A DNA stretch of 64,000 bases from assembly GCF_009914755.1 (NCBI RefSeq), contig NC_060934.1. One strand, 5' to 3'. The notes under the pieces are model-generated. The model ran no database searches. It saw only the letters and a list, made by a program, of their open reading frames with translations, and was not told the DNA's origin. The DNA is from the human T2T-CHM13v2.0 reference genome, Homo sapiens. Each line of letters starts with the position of its first letter. The first letter of the stretch is position 1. Shown here one piece after another: positions 1 through 15,500 of this stretch. The position numbers were made by a program, and so were the translations under genes.

Positions 1-19
1 AGTGAATATTAATGAGTAG

Positions 20-830
<811 letters not shown>

Positions 831-879
831 GCACGTATATAGCCGAGAGGAATGAGGGAGGGTTGAAGGGACAGGAGCA

Positions 880-1560
880 GAAATGCTCTCCGGCACTCGC
901 CATTTTGCCAGCTTCTCCCCTACGTGACCTGAACTCAGTGGGCGCGGCCGGGCCTCGCGGAAACTACAACCCCCAGAAGGCCCCACGGCGTTGGGGGCGG
1001 AGCCGAGGCCTGACGCGCGCCCCAGCGGCGCGAGCGGAAGAGATAGAGCTTCGCGGAGACGGCGGAAGCGGAGAGCAACAGCGCGCCGGTAACAACCAGC
1101 CCCGTATCCCCTCCCTCTGTACCTCAAGCTAGGATTTTTAATCCCCACTTCTCCCTTCACAGCCCGGGACAAGACTTCCATTCCGTCGTTTGTTGCTGGT
1201 ATTTTTTTTCCTCATGTGACGCGAGGGGCCGCCCCCTGCCTGGGGCGGAGGTTACTGGGAAGCTCCCGCCTTCTGACCCCTGCGGGCCCGCGGTTGAGAG
1301 GGACCCTCCCGGGGCTCTTTTGCACTCACTGGGGCTCGTGCTCGCTTTGGGCGCTCGCCCCAAATGATCCTGGCGGAAAGGACGTGCTTTTTCTGGGTTT
1401 CAACAGGTATTGAGCGGGGTCCCTGGTTACCCCCTCGGGGCTGCGGGGCCGTGGGCCCCCAGGGCTGCCGGCGGTTTCCGGGCTTCGCTTCGAGCCTCGC
1501 CTTTGAGCCTCCTCCGCTGCCCGGGAGCCCCGGGCTACGGGCTGGGAGTGAGCAATCTAT
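880..1560 (+). promoter_or_regulatory. CpG-island housekeeping-type promoter
   Basis: Only unique CpG-dense, GC-rich stretch. YY1 cgccatttt 898-906; ZNF143 actacaacccccagaaggc 963-981; GC boxes 994-1002 and 1242-1250; ETS gcggaag 1034-1040 and 1062-1068; M-box/CLEAR-like tcatgtga 1212-1219; RFX half-site ggtaacaac 1088-1096. Confidence 0.9.
1040..1406 (+). other. Probable non-coding exon 1 (TSS approximate)
   Basis: Lies just downstream of the promoter motifs; donor CAG|GTATTG at 1406/1407; alternative donor TTT|GTGAGT at 1630/1631. Confidence 0.5.
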
Positions 1561-1664
1561 AAAGGAGCATGTACTTCCTGCTTTTTCTTGGCAGGCCTGC
1601 GAAAAACCCCAAGTCCGATCTTTAAAGTTTGTGAGTGCAGCCCCCTCTCAGTTGTGTACGGGAA

Positions 1665-1870
1665 GGAGCACAGGATTTGGAGTCTGATATCCTGGGGGAA
1701 GTCTCAGTCCGCCACTTGGCTGGACCTGTGATCTTTTGTACAGTAGTCTGTTTAGCGCAGCCTCGGTTTCGTTGTCTGAAAAGTGGGGTTAATGTTCTTT
1801 GCCCTGCGGCCTTCCAGGGTTGTGGGCTTCAGCAGAAGTGATATTCCTGCGAAAGCTTTGAACTCTAAAG
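1665..1870 (+). mobile_element. MIR
   Basis: MIR core gcctcggtttcgttgtctgaaaagtggggttaat and head ggatttggagtc. Confidence 0.7.
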
Positions 1871-2399
1871 TATGTTTCGGGTATAACCTTGCCATCCCCC
1901 AGTCTCCAGTCTAGGTCAGTTGAGTTTTAAAACCAGGTTCATGTCTATACGAAGATCAAATTAGTTAATAAATAGGGGGAAAGTGTCTTTGGAAACGAAT
2001 CTGAACCATACAGATGTTTTTATGCCAGGTTCCTAGTGAAGAGGTGACCTTAGGGCGTTACCACCTGTGGAGTCAATTTAAAACTTCATCTGGATTTTAA
2101 GGCCCACCAGAATTTAGACTCTTCTTCCTCAGCACACACAACTATCTCTTGCTGTTATAACCTTCCTTCAGTATCACACAGGTACAAGCATAAAGCAGTA
2201 AACGTTCCTCAGATATGGTTGTACTACAACTAATACCTGTCCCCAGCAGGTCTTGTGTCTTGTGTCACAGTTGAAATTCAGAATATAAATAGCCAAATAT
2301 CCCATCTGTTTAATTTTTTTTGACATTAAGCTTTGAGACTAAGCAAGTTGCTTATTGTCTTATTTTTCCCCTTACAGAGAATGCTAATTCTGCAATCAG

Positions 2400-2543
2400 T
2401 TTTTTTTTTTTTTTTGGGTAGAATCAGGATTTCACTATGTCGCCCAGATTGGTCTAACTCCTGGGCTCAAATGATCCTCCCGCCTCGACCTCCCAAAGTG
2501 TTGGTATTACAGGCGTTTGACACTGTGCCCACTGTGCCCGACC
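2400..2543 (-). mobile_element. FLAM / Alu monomer
   Basis: Single left-arm monomer with T tail; degenerate TSD tctgc(a/g)at. Confidence 0.85.
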
Positions 2544-2935
2544 TCTGCGATTAATTTTTAAAGGGGTAAGAAAGTGTAGTTAGGTATTTTTAGTCTGTGT
2601 TTATTCTGAATTTATTGATTGAAGAATACTTGAAAATGGTCCAAAAAACAAGAGAGGATGACAGTAAGTTGCATTAGCTTAGTGTACAAATTCGAGCAAA
2701 TTTGAGTTCAAGTCCTGGTGCTGTGTCTTACTACAGGTTGGAGTATCCTTATCTGAAATGCTTGGTACCAGAGTGTTTCAAATTTCAGATTTTGGTATAT
2801 TTGCATATACATAGTTAGATATCTTTGGGATGGGACCCCAATCTAAACATGAAATTGATTTAGGTTTCATATATACCTTATATACATAGCCTAAAGGTAA
2901 TTTTATATAGTATTTTTAATAATTTAATAATTTGT

Positions 2936-3245
<310 letters not shown>

Positions 3246-3310
3246 TTACTAAGACCTGTCACATAAGGTCGGGTGTGGAATTTTCCACTGGTGGTGTCAA
3301 AAGTTTTTGG

Positions 3311-3702
<392 letters not shown>

Positions 3703-4791
3703 CTAATCTCTCAAATGGAGGTAAATGGCATTATGTCACAAGGTGTCTACAAAGATGAAATGAGATGTGACCATAAATGGCTTACTAGTGCTGGGTACAA
3801 ATAAAGTTCTCATTATTTTGTTGCTGTTGTTATTGATGATTATGATAATAGTGATGATGATAATTTTAGGTATTTTCCTGAAATTCCATTTATCTGTAAA
3901 ATGAGGATAGTCATCCTTAATTCACAAACTTTAAAAAATACTGTAAATAGAAGTTGTCAGATTGCAGTTTGTTTTTTAGCAATTGCATTTTATATAAAAA
4001 TTATATTAGATTTTTTTTCAACTTTAGAGGTTCCTAAAATGCTGTTGTGCAAGGTTATTGGGCTTTGCTGTGTTTCTGTTTTTCTAGAGATTCCAAATGT
4101 TGCTTTGTACCTAGTTTGTTGAAATTGAACTGGTGCTTCATTTACAACCTGTAGTAAGAATGCAATTCTGTACATTGTAGCTTGTAGCAGAGCAATTATC
4201 TATCTTTATGACTCAGATATTGACTAGGATAGACGTTTATGGAACAGTTTTGTCTTCCTGCCTTATTTTTATTTTTATTTTTTTTAAGCCAGACTATTAG
4301 ACTTTAAAATTTAAGCTTATTGGATAGGGTCTGGGAGACTTGGTGACCTTCATTTTTTCAAGATGGCATTTCTTAGTGACTGATGCTAATGATGGCATTG
4401 GTATGTATGTATCTGCAGGGAGTGAGAGTTGAGAAAAACCAAGGAGGAAAGCCTTATAGAGAAAAATGGTTTGTTGGTCAAGGCAAAGTCTTGGAGTTTA
4501 GAATTGAAGTATATATTTTTTACTTCCTTCAAGTGCCATGTTGACTACCAGATATCTGCAGATTCAGATGCTTAGGAAATGTTTCCTTTACTCTCTTTTT
4601 TGATGTGGTATGCCTGTGCTATGTTTTGCCAGCTTCTTTCTTACCTTTAGTTATGAATCAGCAAGATAACTATTTTTTCACACCAGACTTGTATACAAAG
4701 CTATGACAATAGAAAGTCACTTCCATTAAAATCTACTTTGTATGCTATAATGTGTTAATTTTTCCTTTATGTTTTAATCTTAAACACTTTT

Positions 4792-4922
4792 GGCTGGGCC
4801 TGGTAGCTCACTCTTGTACTTTCAGCATTTTGAGATCCTCTGAGGTAGGCTCATTTGAGGCCAAGAGTTCAAGACCAGCCTGGGCAACAAAGTGAGACTT
4901 CATCTTTATTAAAAAAAAAAAA
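4792..4922 (+). mobile_element. FLAM monomer
   Basis: Monomer with A tail; TSD ttaaacactttt at 4780-4791 and 4927-4938. Confidence 0.88.
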
Positions 4923-5099
4923 TCAATTAAACACTTTTGTTCCTTGACTGTTTTTTACTTAAAAGGAATTTTTGGAAGGTATGCTAATTCTCATCTATAG
5001 TGTGTGAGTATGTATAGTGGATGCTCAGTAATGAGTGTGCTGAATAGTTCTGAATAGGAACATTTTGTTGATTGTCCTAGGTCACTGAGGTGCACTCTG

Positions 5100-5340
5100 G
5101 AGAGGCCATGTAGCATTGTGGCAATAACCTATGCTTTGGAGTCAAGACAGACCAAGGTCTGAATCCAGGCTCACTAGATGTAACTTTGGTTCATATGATC
5201 ATTCTGAATTCAGTTTCTCATCATCTGGAAGACAGATTAGACTAACCCTGCATGGTTGAGAAGATTAAAGATTATTCGAATGAGGCACATATTAGCCAGG
5301 TTTAGTATAATATTAAAGATTGGGGTGGTGTTGTTATTAC
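5100..5340 (+). mobile_element. MIR
   Basis: gctttggagtcaagacagacc...tcagtttctcatcatctg. Confidence 0.75.
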
Positions 5341-5419
5341 TATTTTTAATTTTTATTTTTTTTCTGAAAGGTATGGATTTTGTTGATACATCTATATTCA
5401 TTCCCCTAATGCTTCAATG

Positions 5420-5551
5420 ATCAGTGTGTTTCTTAGCCAAGGTTAAGGTTGTTGACTGTGACCATGGAACCTAGAAACACACAGCAAAGCTAATTGGCCA
5501 GCATGGAGTTTGAGTCTGTGACCTTGTCCTCATTAGCTCCATAAGCTAACT
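5420..5551 (-). mobile_element. MamSINE1-like tRNA-Ile-derived SINE
   Basis: 5495-5541 aligns to the reverse complement of tRNA-Ile(AAT) (tggcc..gaccttg..attagc.cca); the adjoining body ttagctttgct..gttccatggtcacag resembles the recalled MamSINE1 consensus. Confidence 0.7.
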
Positions 5552-6744
5552 ATTCACAAATATCTCACCAGAATGAATGAAAAGACTGGTATATTTTTTA
5601 TTTGGCCCTAATGCAACTCATTAGACATAAGTAAATGAACTAGTGCCAGAAGCAAAAGTATAGATTTTTCATTAGCTTATATAAATATATGATTAGCCGT
5701 CACACTATGTATAAAACTCGTGACCTGTAGGATGATCTTTGACAACCCCAGTAACCTAAGCTTATAATTTAGACATTTCTTTTAGTTGTTGAATTATATT
5801 TGTTGTAGACTTCTCACCTATAGGAGAAGTGAGAAGAAATGGAGCTAGGCTATTCATGCCTTGAAAGAGTACCCTCCTTCTGTTGTGCTACCCACGAGGA
5901 AATGTGCTCTTCGCTAGTGCAGAAAACATTTAGAATTATCCAGTAATGAGCCCAGCAGGATGGATGAAGCTTGGGGAACTCCTAAGAGCTTATTGAATTA
6001 CAGAGAAATTCCAGTTGTCAAAGCATTAGATAGAGGAAAAGTTATAGGGTGTTACTTAGCAGCAGTAAGCCTGCATTTGGAGAGAATTTTCTTTTCTCTT
6101 AATAAAACATGGACCAATTGCTTCGAGTCTGTGGTGTCCATTTTTCACTGTCTCATGCTAGCCTTCTGTATAGTTTTTCATTCTTCAAATTCACCCTTCA
6201 GTTTTATTAATATTTGTTGTCCTTCTTGTATCTTTTTTTTTAATGCCAGATATAGCTGGATTGGGACTAGGGATAAAAACAGAAGCAGAGAAGCACTGTT
6301 GGAAAACAGATTCTAGTATCTAGTATCGTGAGGTTTCCAAATAACATGGGTCAAACTGAACATGAGGATACGGATTTCTGGGATAGGCAAATGGCTGACA
6401 GTTCATGACCATTTAACCTGTGCAGAGTGAATAATGTGGGCAAAAGGTGTGTAGCACTCCTTAATATCACATTTGTCTCTTAGAAAAGAATCTGAATGCC
6501 TGTAGTGTTCATATTGGCTTGCAGTTGTGCTGTTTCAAGTTCTTTGCCATGGAATGCCAGAAGACTATTAAAGAAAGAAGGGAAGCAGTTGGATTTACAT
6601 CCTGATTTCTCAAATTGTATGCCAGTCGTCCTGTTTCTGTTTTCTTGTCTTTAAAATAGGGTTAATAAAACCAACTCTGCTTGTTTATAAATATTAAAAG
6701 GAAAAGTAAACAGCAAGGATGTATTAAAAATGAGGTGGATAACT

Positions 6745-6985
6745 GGGGGAGAGACGGAAAGGCAGAATCCAAGAGAGGAGCTCAAAGACACCTACACACA
6801 GAGTCATAGAGACACATGCAATAGGCAGAGAGAGAGGAGGGTCAGTCAGAGACAGAGAAGTCAAAAACAGAGAGGGACAGTCACCTAGGCAGAGTTAGAA
6901 AGCAGGGTAATCAGAGATGTAGACAGACGGGCAGAGTTAGAAATGAGGGACAGACAGATACAGGGAGGGAGACAGAAAGAGTGAA
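6745..6985. repeat. Degenerate (GA/GACA)n low-complexity tract
   Basis: Repeated gagacag/gacagag units. Confidence 0.7.
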
Positions 6986-7854
6986 TGTCATGAGTAAGAT
7001 GGAGAGCTTATTGGATTTTTGTCTGTTATTTGAGAAGAACATGTAAATATTTATAGTTGGCTAGGAAAGGGAAAATAAACAGATATTAATAGTAAATCAA
7101 GTAACATGAAATTTTTATTACACTAACATTTTTCCTTAAATACTAAGTTTATTTTGCATATTCAGCATGCAAATATCAAGTCAATTTATGTATTACCTGT
7201 TAACTACTTACGTGACCTCTCAGTGTAGTTTAAACACATTTTTAAAAAAATTAAGATTAATATTAATTTTTTCCTCAAAAAATCTAATATATAACTTACT
7301 ATAGAAAACATGGCAAATACAGGAAATTTAAAAGGAGAACAGAAAACACTCATAATCTCACAATCTAAACATAACATAATGAGGCCCACATTTTTCATGT
7401 TTTTTTTTTCCCAGTCTTCTTTTTCTAGGCATTTACTAAAGCCCATCTACTTTCCTGAAGGACCCAAAAGCTGTTTATAAGTCCAAAATGATGCTGTAAC
7501 TATTTGTGGCAGAGTTAACTTTATAATCCTATTTTGGCACTTAGGTACTTTCATAAACTAGTGTGTACCCATTTTATTCTCTTCCTAGATTGTAAACTTT
7601 TAACTACAGACTATATGTTATTCATCTTTGTGTCTTAGGAATCTAGGAAAGTATCTTACATATCATAGGTATTCAGGGTATATATGAGATGAATTGTTAA
7701 GCCTCCTAAGTAGAAACTGTCTTATTTAAACAGGTCTGCCAAATTGCACATTGGATTGGACCTTCCTTAAAGTTGAGAAAAACTTGATTTTAGGGGTGGT
7801 GTGTATGTGTGTAATGTAAAGCTACCAAACTGGGAAAGGGCACTTTTTTTCTGG

Positions 7855-8325
7855 TTACCTTTTGTTGTGTTTGTAGCAAGCCATTCCAAAACATAATGGT
7901 GTAAAACAACCATTTTATTGTGCTATGGATCTGTTGGAATTCAGACAGGACAGTTTCTGCACAGATGGCTTGCTTAAGCCTTAGCTGGGAAGATTCAAAA
8001 GCTGGTGGTGACTTTATGGCTGGTACTTAGAACCTGGAGGCTTCTTCACTCACATGGCTGGTGATTGATGTTGATTGTCCCTCAGAACACCTACCTACCC
8101 AGATAGGCTAATTTGAGCTTCTTTGCAGCATGGTGGTGGCTGTTTTCTAAGAGTGAACATCTAGAGAGAACCAGGTGGAAACTGCATTACTTTTTGTGAC
8201 CAAGCCTTAGAAGTTCTGTAGTATCACAAGCTTGCCAGATTCAAGGAGAGAGTGACAGTTACATGGGATCTGCTTCTCACAGGAGTGTCAGAGTCACTGT
8301 AAGAAAAACATTGTGGGGGTGGGAG
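7855..8325 (-). mobile_element. MaLR LTR (MLT1F/G/H-like)
   Basis: ccaaaacataatggtgtaaaacaacc...ggaggcttcttcactcacatggctgg...ccagattcaagg. Confidence 0.75.
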
Positions 8326-8715
8326 GTAGCAAGTTAAAAAATGAGTTAATAAAACAGTATCACTTTTTAAATGTCAATGAATAAATGTTCTATTGAAAGT
8401 AAGGGTTTTTCCCTACTGCTGATGGTGTTATTTTGTTAAAAAATTTGTACTAAACTTGTAAAAACTTTTAAACCTAAAGCAATTTTAAATTATTTTCTTG
8501 GCTTTTAAGCTCTGAACAAGATCTTATTATTTCTTTTTAACTGAATTTGCAAGTTGGTCAATTTCTATACTTGGGTCTTGCCTCAACCCCATTTACTAAA
8601 ACAAGTCTTGTTTTATAAACGATATGCATGTTCACTGCAGACAGTTTAGAAAATCAGGAAATAAACAAAATCAACTCATGATCTCACCTCTGAGATGTAA
8701 TCAGTTCCAGGTTCA

Positions 8716-9375
<660 letters not shown>

Positions 9376-9379
9376 TACT

Positions 9380-9515
9380 AATGTGTTTGATTCTGGTTGG
9401 AATATTTTGTGACATATGGAACATTTACCATATTAACCTTTTCTAAATCTGAAAATTTCTGATTTCTGAATCTTGTCTGGTCCCACAAGTTTTGGATTAG
9501 GGATTTTGGACTGCA
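9380..9515. mobile_element. MER46C-like Tigger fragment
   Basis: Terminus tctggtcccacaagttttggattagggattttggactg. Confidence 0.55.
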
Positions 9516-10408
9516 GTTAAAAACTTAGTGTTAGGAAAAGATGAGATTATTAGCTTGTTTTGGTAGTTCTGAACTTTTTTATCACATGAATCTTCCCAGA
9601 ACTTTTGTGCTTTCATTTCAGGAGAAGATCCAGAAGGAAAAGAAATAGTCTTGATTTGTTTATATGATCAGTAATTCTCTCTTACCATCACACGTAACTG
9701 TTTCAAACTTGTGACCATCTCTCAATACGTTCAGAATTTCTAGTGACTTTTTATGCCTCTTGATCCTTCGTGTGAGAACCACTGATTTAAATTAAGTACT
9801 GGAGTTGACAAGCCCCAGGAGCCATGTAGTTCTTGGTTTTTTCCTCCAGTATTAGTCACTGTGACATTGCTGTTCTTTGCCTTTTTGCCATAGTATTTCT
9901 TTTTTGTACCATGTTTCTTGTTTGCTTCCTTGGGTATCCTGAAACTTTTCATTGCTTCTAACACTTTGGTGAAGGACAGTGCTTCAAAAATTAGGATAAG
10001 ATCTTGGCTGCAGTTTATTAACTTGCAGTTTGCCCCCTCAGTGGAGAGAAAACATTAAAATCAGGGTTGAGGAATGTATCTTTGACTTCATAATGTCATG
10101 TAGTTTTAACTTTTTGAGTTATTACTACTGTCATAAATTCAGTATATGACCGTACATTATAAACTATTCCAACCAGGGTCTAGGGCATTACTTTGTAATT
10201 AAACATATTAATAGTTCATATGTATTCATTATAGAGGATTTGGAAAATACAACCATATTTTCACCACCTTGAAGTAACTGTTAACATTGGGGTTTATTAC
10301 CCTATTCTGTTTTCTGTGTGTCTATTACCGTAGCACACACACATACTTAAATTGTAATCTCTTGCTGTTATATATAAACTTTGTGTCCTGCTTTAAAAAA
10401 TATATAGT

Positions 10409-10535
10409 GGGTCGGGGCAGTGGCTCAGTAATCCCAGCATTTTGTGGGGGGTCCGAAGCAAGAAGATTGCTTGAGCTCAGGAGTTTGAGAGCAGCCAGGG
10501 TGATTTAGTGAGACCCATCTCTACAAAAACAAAAA
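10409..10535 (+). mobile_element. FLAM / Alu monomer
   Basis: Left-arm sequence ending tctacaaaaacaaaaa. Confidence 0.8.
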
Positions 10536-10547
10536 TGTGGAATGTAG

Positions 10548-10895
<348 letters not shown>

Positions 10896-11199
10896 TGGGC
10901 AGTAATCTTTAGATTTGTCTTCGTTTTGGATGGGAACCTAGGAGACTGGGGTTCAAATTCTGGCTTTGTCCTTGCCAAACTGAAAACTAGGGCAAGTTAT
11001 AGGATACCTCTGGGCTTCCATGTGTCAGCTGTCAGATTTCCAAAGTATTGACACAACAATCTTATGAAAGTTAACCCTCTGCTTAGAACATTATTCATAC
11101 GCAAAAGAAGTCCTAGTCTGGTCTATCTTTGAGATTCTTCTGGTTCTGCTACTGAATGATCTCTAAGTTGAGGAGTGCAAAATACAGCAGTATTTATGT

Positions 11200-11900
11200 C
11201 AGGTTATTTAGGCCTAATGGAGGAGAAGGATCTTGAATGAAATGAAAGAGTAACAAATTGACTGGAGGGGACAGAAGAAAACTCTGGAGGGAATGGTGTG
11301 AAGTTGGGAGCAAGAATGAGTACAGTATGTGAACTGAGTGAGACAAACAAGTGATCTTAACAGTACTCCACAAATAGAATGATTTTTACTGATGAGTAGT
11401 AAGGAGATAGGATTTGTTAAGTTTATATGTGTGTGGGGATAATGAAGAAGAATTAAGGGACAATATTGAAGGCTAGGCTGAAAAACTTAAATTTGATCCA
11501 ATAGGTGACAGGACTTCTGTTGAGAGTCATATAATGAAAACAGTGTTTGACTAAGGCTGCCTTGGCAACTTTGTATGTTTGATAAGCTCAAGTAGAGGGA
11601 ATTGCTGAAGAGTACAGTATTTCAATTGTACTGTGGAATAATGTGGAAACAGAAGTAGGAATAATGTAAAAATAGAAAACATGATATCTCTTGTGGAAGA
11701 AGAAGAGTAAGATATGGGGTTAGAAATCGGAGTCAGAATACCGCAAAATTTTGAGCCTGACATATGAAGTGTACTGTGTCATTGATAGTGGCATTGGGAA
11801 AGGATCTCAGATAGGTCTTGGAGAAAGGTAACGAGTTCAGTTTCTAATATATTCAGTTTTAGGCATTAGGTTATTTAAGTGGTAGTTTTAAAAGTCTGGT
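11200..11900 (-). mobile_element. L2 fragment
   Basis: Purine-rich L2-like sequence (gagttcagtttctaatatattcagttttagg). Confidence 0.6.
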
Positions 11901-11924
11901 GCTTTAAAAATTGATTAATCTAAA

Positions 11925-12540
<616 letters not shown>

Positions 12541-12559
12541 TTAAGCTGTGATAGCATCT

Positions 12560-15500
12560 TTTTTGGTTACAGCTCTGTTGACAAATAATTTGCATACTAT
12601 ACAATTCACCCATTTTTTTGGTGGGGGGGACATGTGATAATAAATTTATATAATTTGTAAAGATCTAATAAGAGTAAGTAGGGATATCCGTCACCTTACA
12701 CAGTTGTCTTTTGTTTTGTTAAAAACAGTTGAAATATGTAATTATTGTAAACTTTAGTCATCCTACTGATCTATCAAACACTAGGTCGTATTTCTTCTAT
12801 CAAATTGTATGTTTGTACCCATTAATCAACCTCTTTTTATCTTCCCCATCCCCACCCCTTCTTGGCTTCTGGTACCCACCAATCTGCATTCTATCTTCAA
12901 GAGATCCACTTTTCAGATCCCATGTATAAGTGAGAACACATGATATTTGTCTTTCTGAGCTTGGCTTGTTTTACTTAACACAATGACCTCTAGTTCCATT
13001 TATGTTGCTGCAAATGACAGGATATCATTCTTTAAAACATTTTTTGTTTTACTTTTAAATTATTTTTATCAGGGCAACCTTCTGAACCAGAATAGATTCA
13101 GAGAGACTCCCAATTTCATTCTTCTTCATGACTGAATAATATTCCACTGTGTATATGTACCACTTTTTCTTCTTACATGTATCTATTGATGGACACTTAG
13201 GTTGATTTCATATTTTGGATATAGTGAATAGTGCTGTGAAAAAATAACATGGAAGTGCAGATGTCTCTTTAATATATTGATTTCCTTTCTTTTGGATATA
13301 TATCCAGTAGTGGAATTGCTGGATCATATGATGACTCTATTTTTCATTTTTTGAGGAGCCTCCATACTGTTCCCCATAGTGGCTCTATTAATTTACATTC
13401 CCTCCAACAGTGTAGGAGAGTTCCCCTTTCTCCATATCCTCACCAGCATCTGTTATGCCCTGCCTTTTTTATAAAAGCCATTTTAACTGGCGTGAGATTA
13501 GATCTCATTGTGGTTTTTGATTTGTATTTCTCTGATAAATAGTGATGTTGAACATTTTTTTCATATACCTGTTGGCCGTTTGAATGTCATCTTTTGAAAC
13601 ATCTATTCAGATCTTTTGCCTGTTTTTAAATCAATCTGATTTGTTTGTTCTTTTGCTGTTGAGTTGTTTGAACTCCTTGTATATTCTTGTTATTAATCCT
13701 TTGCCAGATGGATAGTTTGCAAGTATTTTCTCCATTCTGTGGGTTATCTCTTTACTTTGATTGTTTCCTTTACTGTGCAGAAACTTTGTAGCTTGATGTA
13801 GTCCCATTTGTCTATTTTGCCTGGGTTGCATGTGCTTTTGAGGTCTTACACAAAAAATCTTTGCCTAGATCAATGTCCTGGAGCAATTCCTCAATGTTTT
13901 CTTCTAATAATTTGATGGTTTCAGGCCTTACATGTAAGTCTTTAATCCATTTTGATTTGATTTTTGTGTACAGTGAAACATAGGTCCTAGTTTCATCATT
14001 CTCAGTATAGTTATCCAGTTTTTCCAGCACCATTTGTTGAAGAGACTCTTCTTTCCCCATTTTATGTTCTTGGTGCCTTTGTCAAAAATAAATTGGCTGT
14101 AAATGTATGGATTTATATTTGGATTCTCTATTTTGTCCCATTGGTCTATGTGTCTGTTTTAATGCCAGTACCATATTGATGTGGTTATCAGAGTTTTGTA
14201 GTGTAATTTGAAGTCAGATAGTGTGATACCTCCAGTTTTCTTCTTTTTGCTCAGGATTGCTTTGGCTATTCAGGTTCTTTTATGATTCTGTATAATTTTT
14301 TTGATTGTTTTTCTGTTTCTATGAAGAATGTCATTGGTATTTTGATAGAGATTGCATTGAATCTGTACATTGCTTTGGGTAGTATTGTCATTTTAACTGT
14401 GTTACTCCCTCTAATTCATGAGCATGGAATATCTTTCCATTTTTTGGTATCAATTTCTGTTTCCTTCATCAGTGTTTTATAATGTTCCTTGTATAGATCT
14501 TTCACTTCTTTGGTTAAATTGATTCTTTGTAGCTATTGCAAATGGGATTGCTTCCTTGAATTCTCTTTCAGATTCTTTTCTATTGGCATATATAAATCTA
14601 CTGATTTTTGTATGTTGATTTTTGTGTCCTACAACTTTACTGAATTTATCAGTTCTAAGAATTTTTTGGTGGAATCTTTAGGTTTTTCTGTATATAAATC
14701 GTTTTGTCTGTAAAGAGGGACAATTGGACTTCCTCCTTTCCAATTTGGTGCCCTGTATTTCTTTCTCTTGCCTTATTGCTCTGGCCAGAACTTCCAGTAT
14801 TATGTTGAATAAAAGTGGTAAATGTGGGCATCCTTGTCTTGTTCCAGATTTTAGAGGAAAGGCTTTCAGTTTTTCCCTATTCAGTGTGGTATTAGCTGTG
14901 GGTTTGTCATATATAGCCTTTATTATTTTGTATATTCCTTCTATACCCAATGTGCTGAGGGTTTTTATCATAAAGGGATATTAGATTTTATTGAATGCTT
15001 TTTCAGCATCTATAAAAGTGATCATAGGGTTTTTTGTTCTTGGTTCTGTTAATGTAATGTGTCATGTTTATTGATTTGCATATGTTGAACCATCTTTGCC
15101 TCCCTGGGATGAATCCCACTTGATCATGGGGAATTATCTTTTTAATGTGTTGTTGAATTTGATCTTCTAGTATTTTTACGTCTATGTTCATTAGTGATAC
15201 TGGCCCATAGTTTTCTTTTTTTGTTGTGTCCTTGACTGGTTTTGGAATCAGGGTAATGCTGGCTGTGTAGAATGAGTTGGGAAGTATTCCCTCTCCTTCA
15301 GTTTTCTGGAAGAGTATGAGCAGAATTGGTATTCTTTGAATGTCTGGTAGAATTCACCAGTGAAGCCATCAGGTCCTGAGCTTTTCTTTAATGGGAGACT
15401 TTTTATTACGGCTTCAATCTGGCTATTTCTTATTGGTTTGTTGAGTTTTTCTGTTTCTTCATGGTTCAATCTTGATAGGTTGTATGTGTCCAGGAATTTA

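Noticed and set aside
5495-5551. Functional tRNA-Ile gene
   Set aside because: D-arm is truncated, B box is decayed, and it continues into a SINE body.
5960-6316. 118-aa ATG ORF with an internal AATAAA
   Set aside because: No recognisable homology or splice context; possibly an old LTR that I cannot name.
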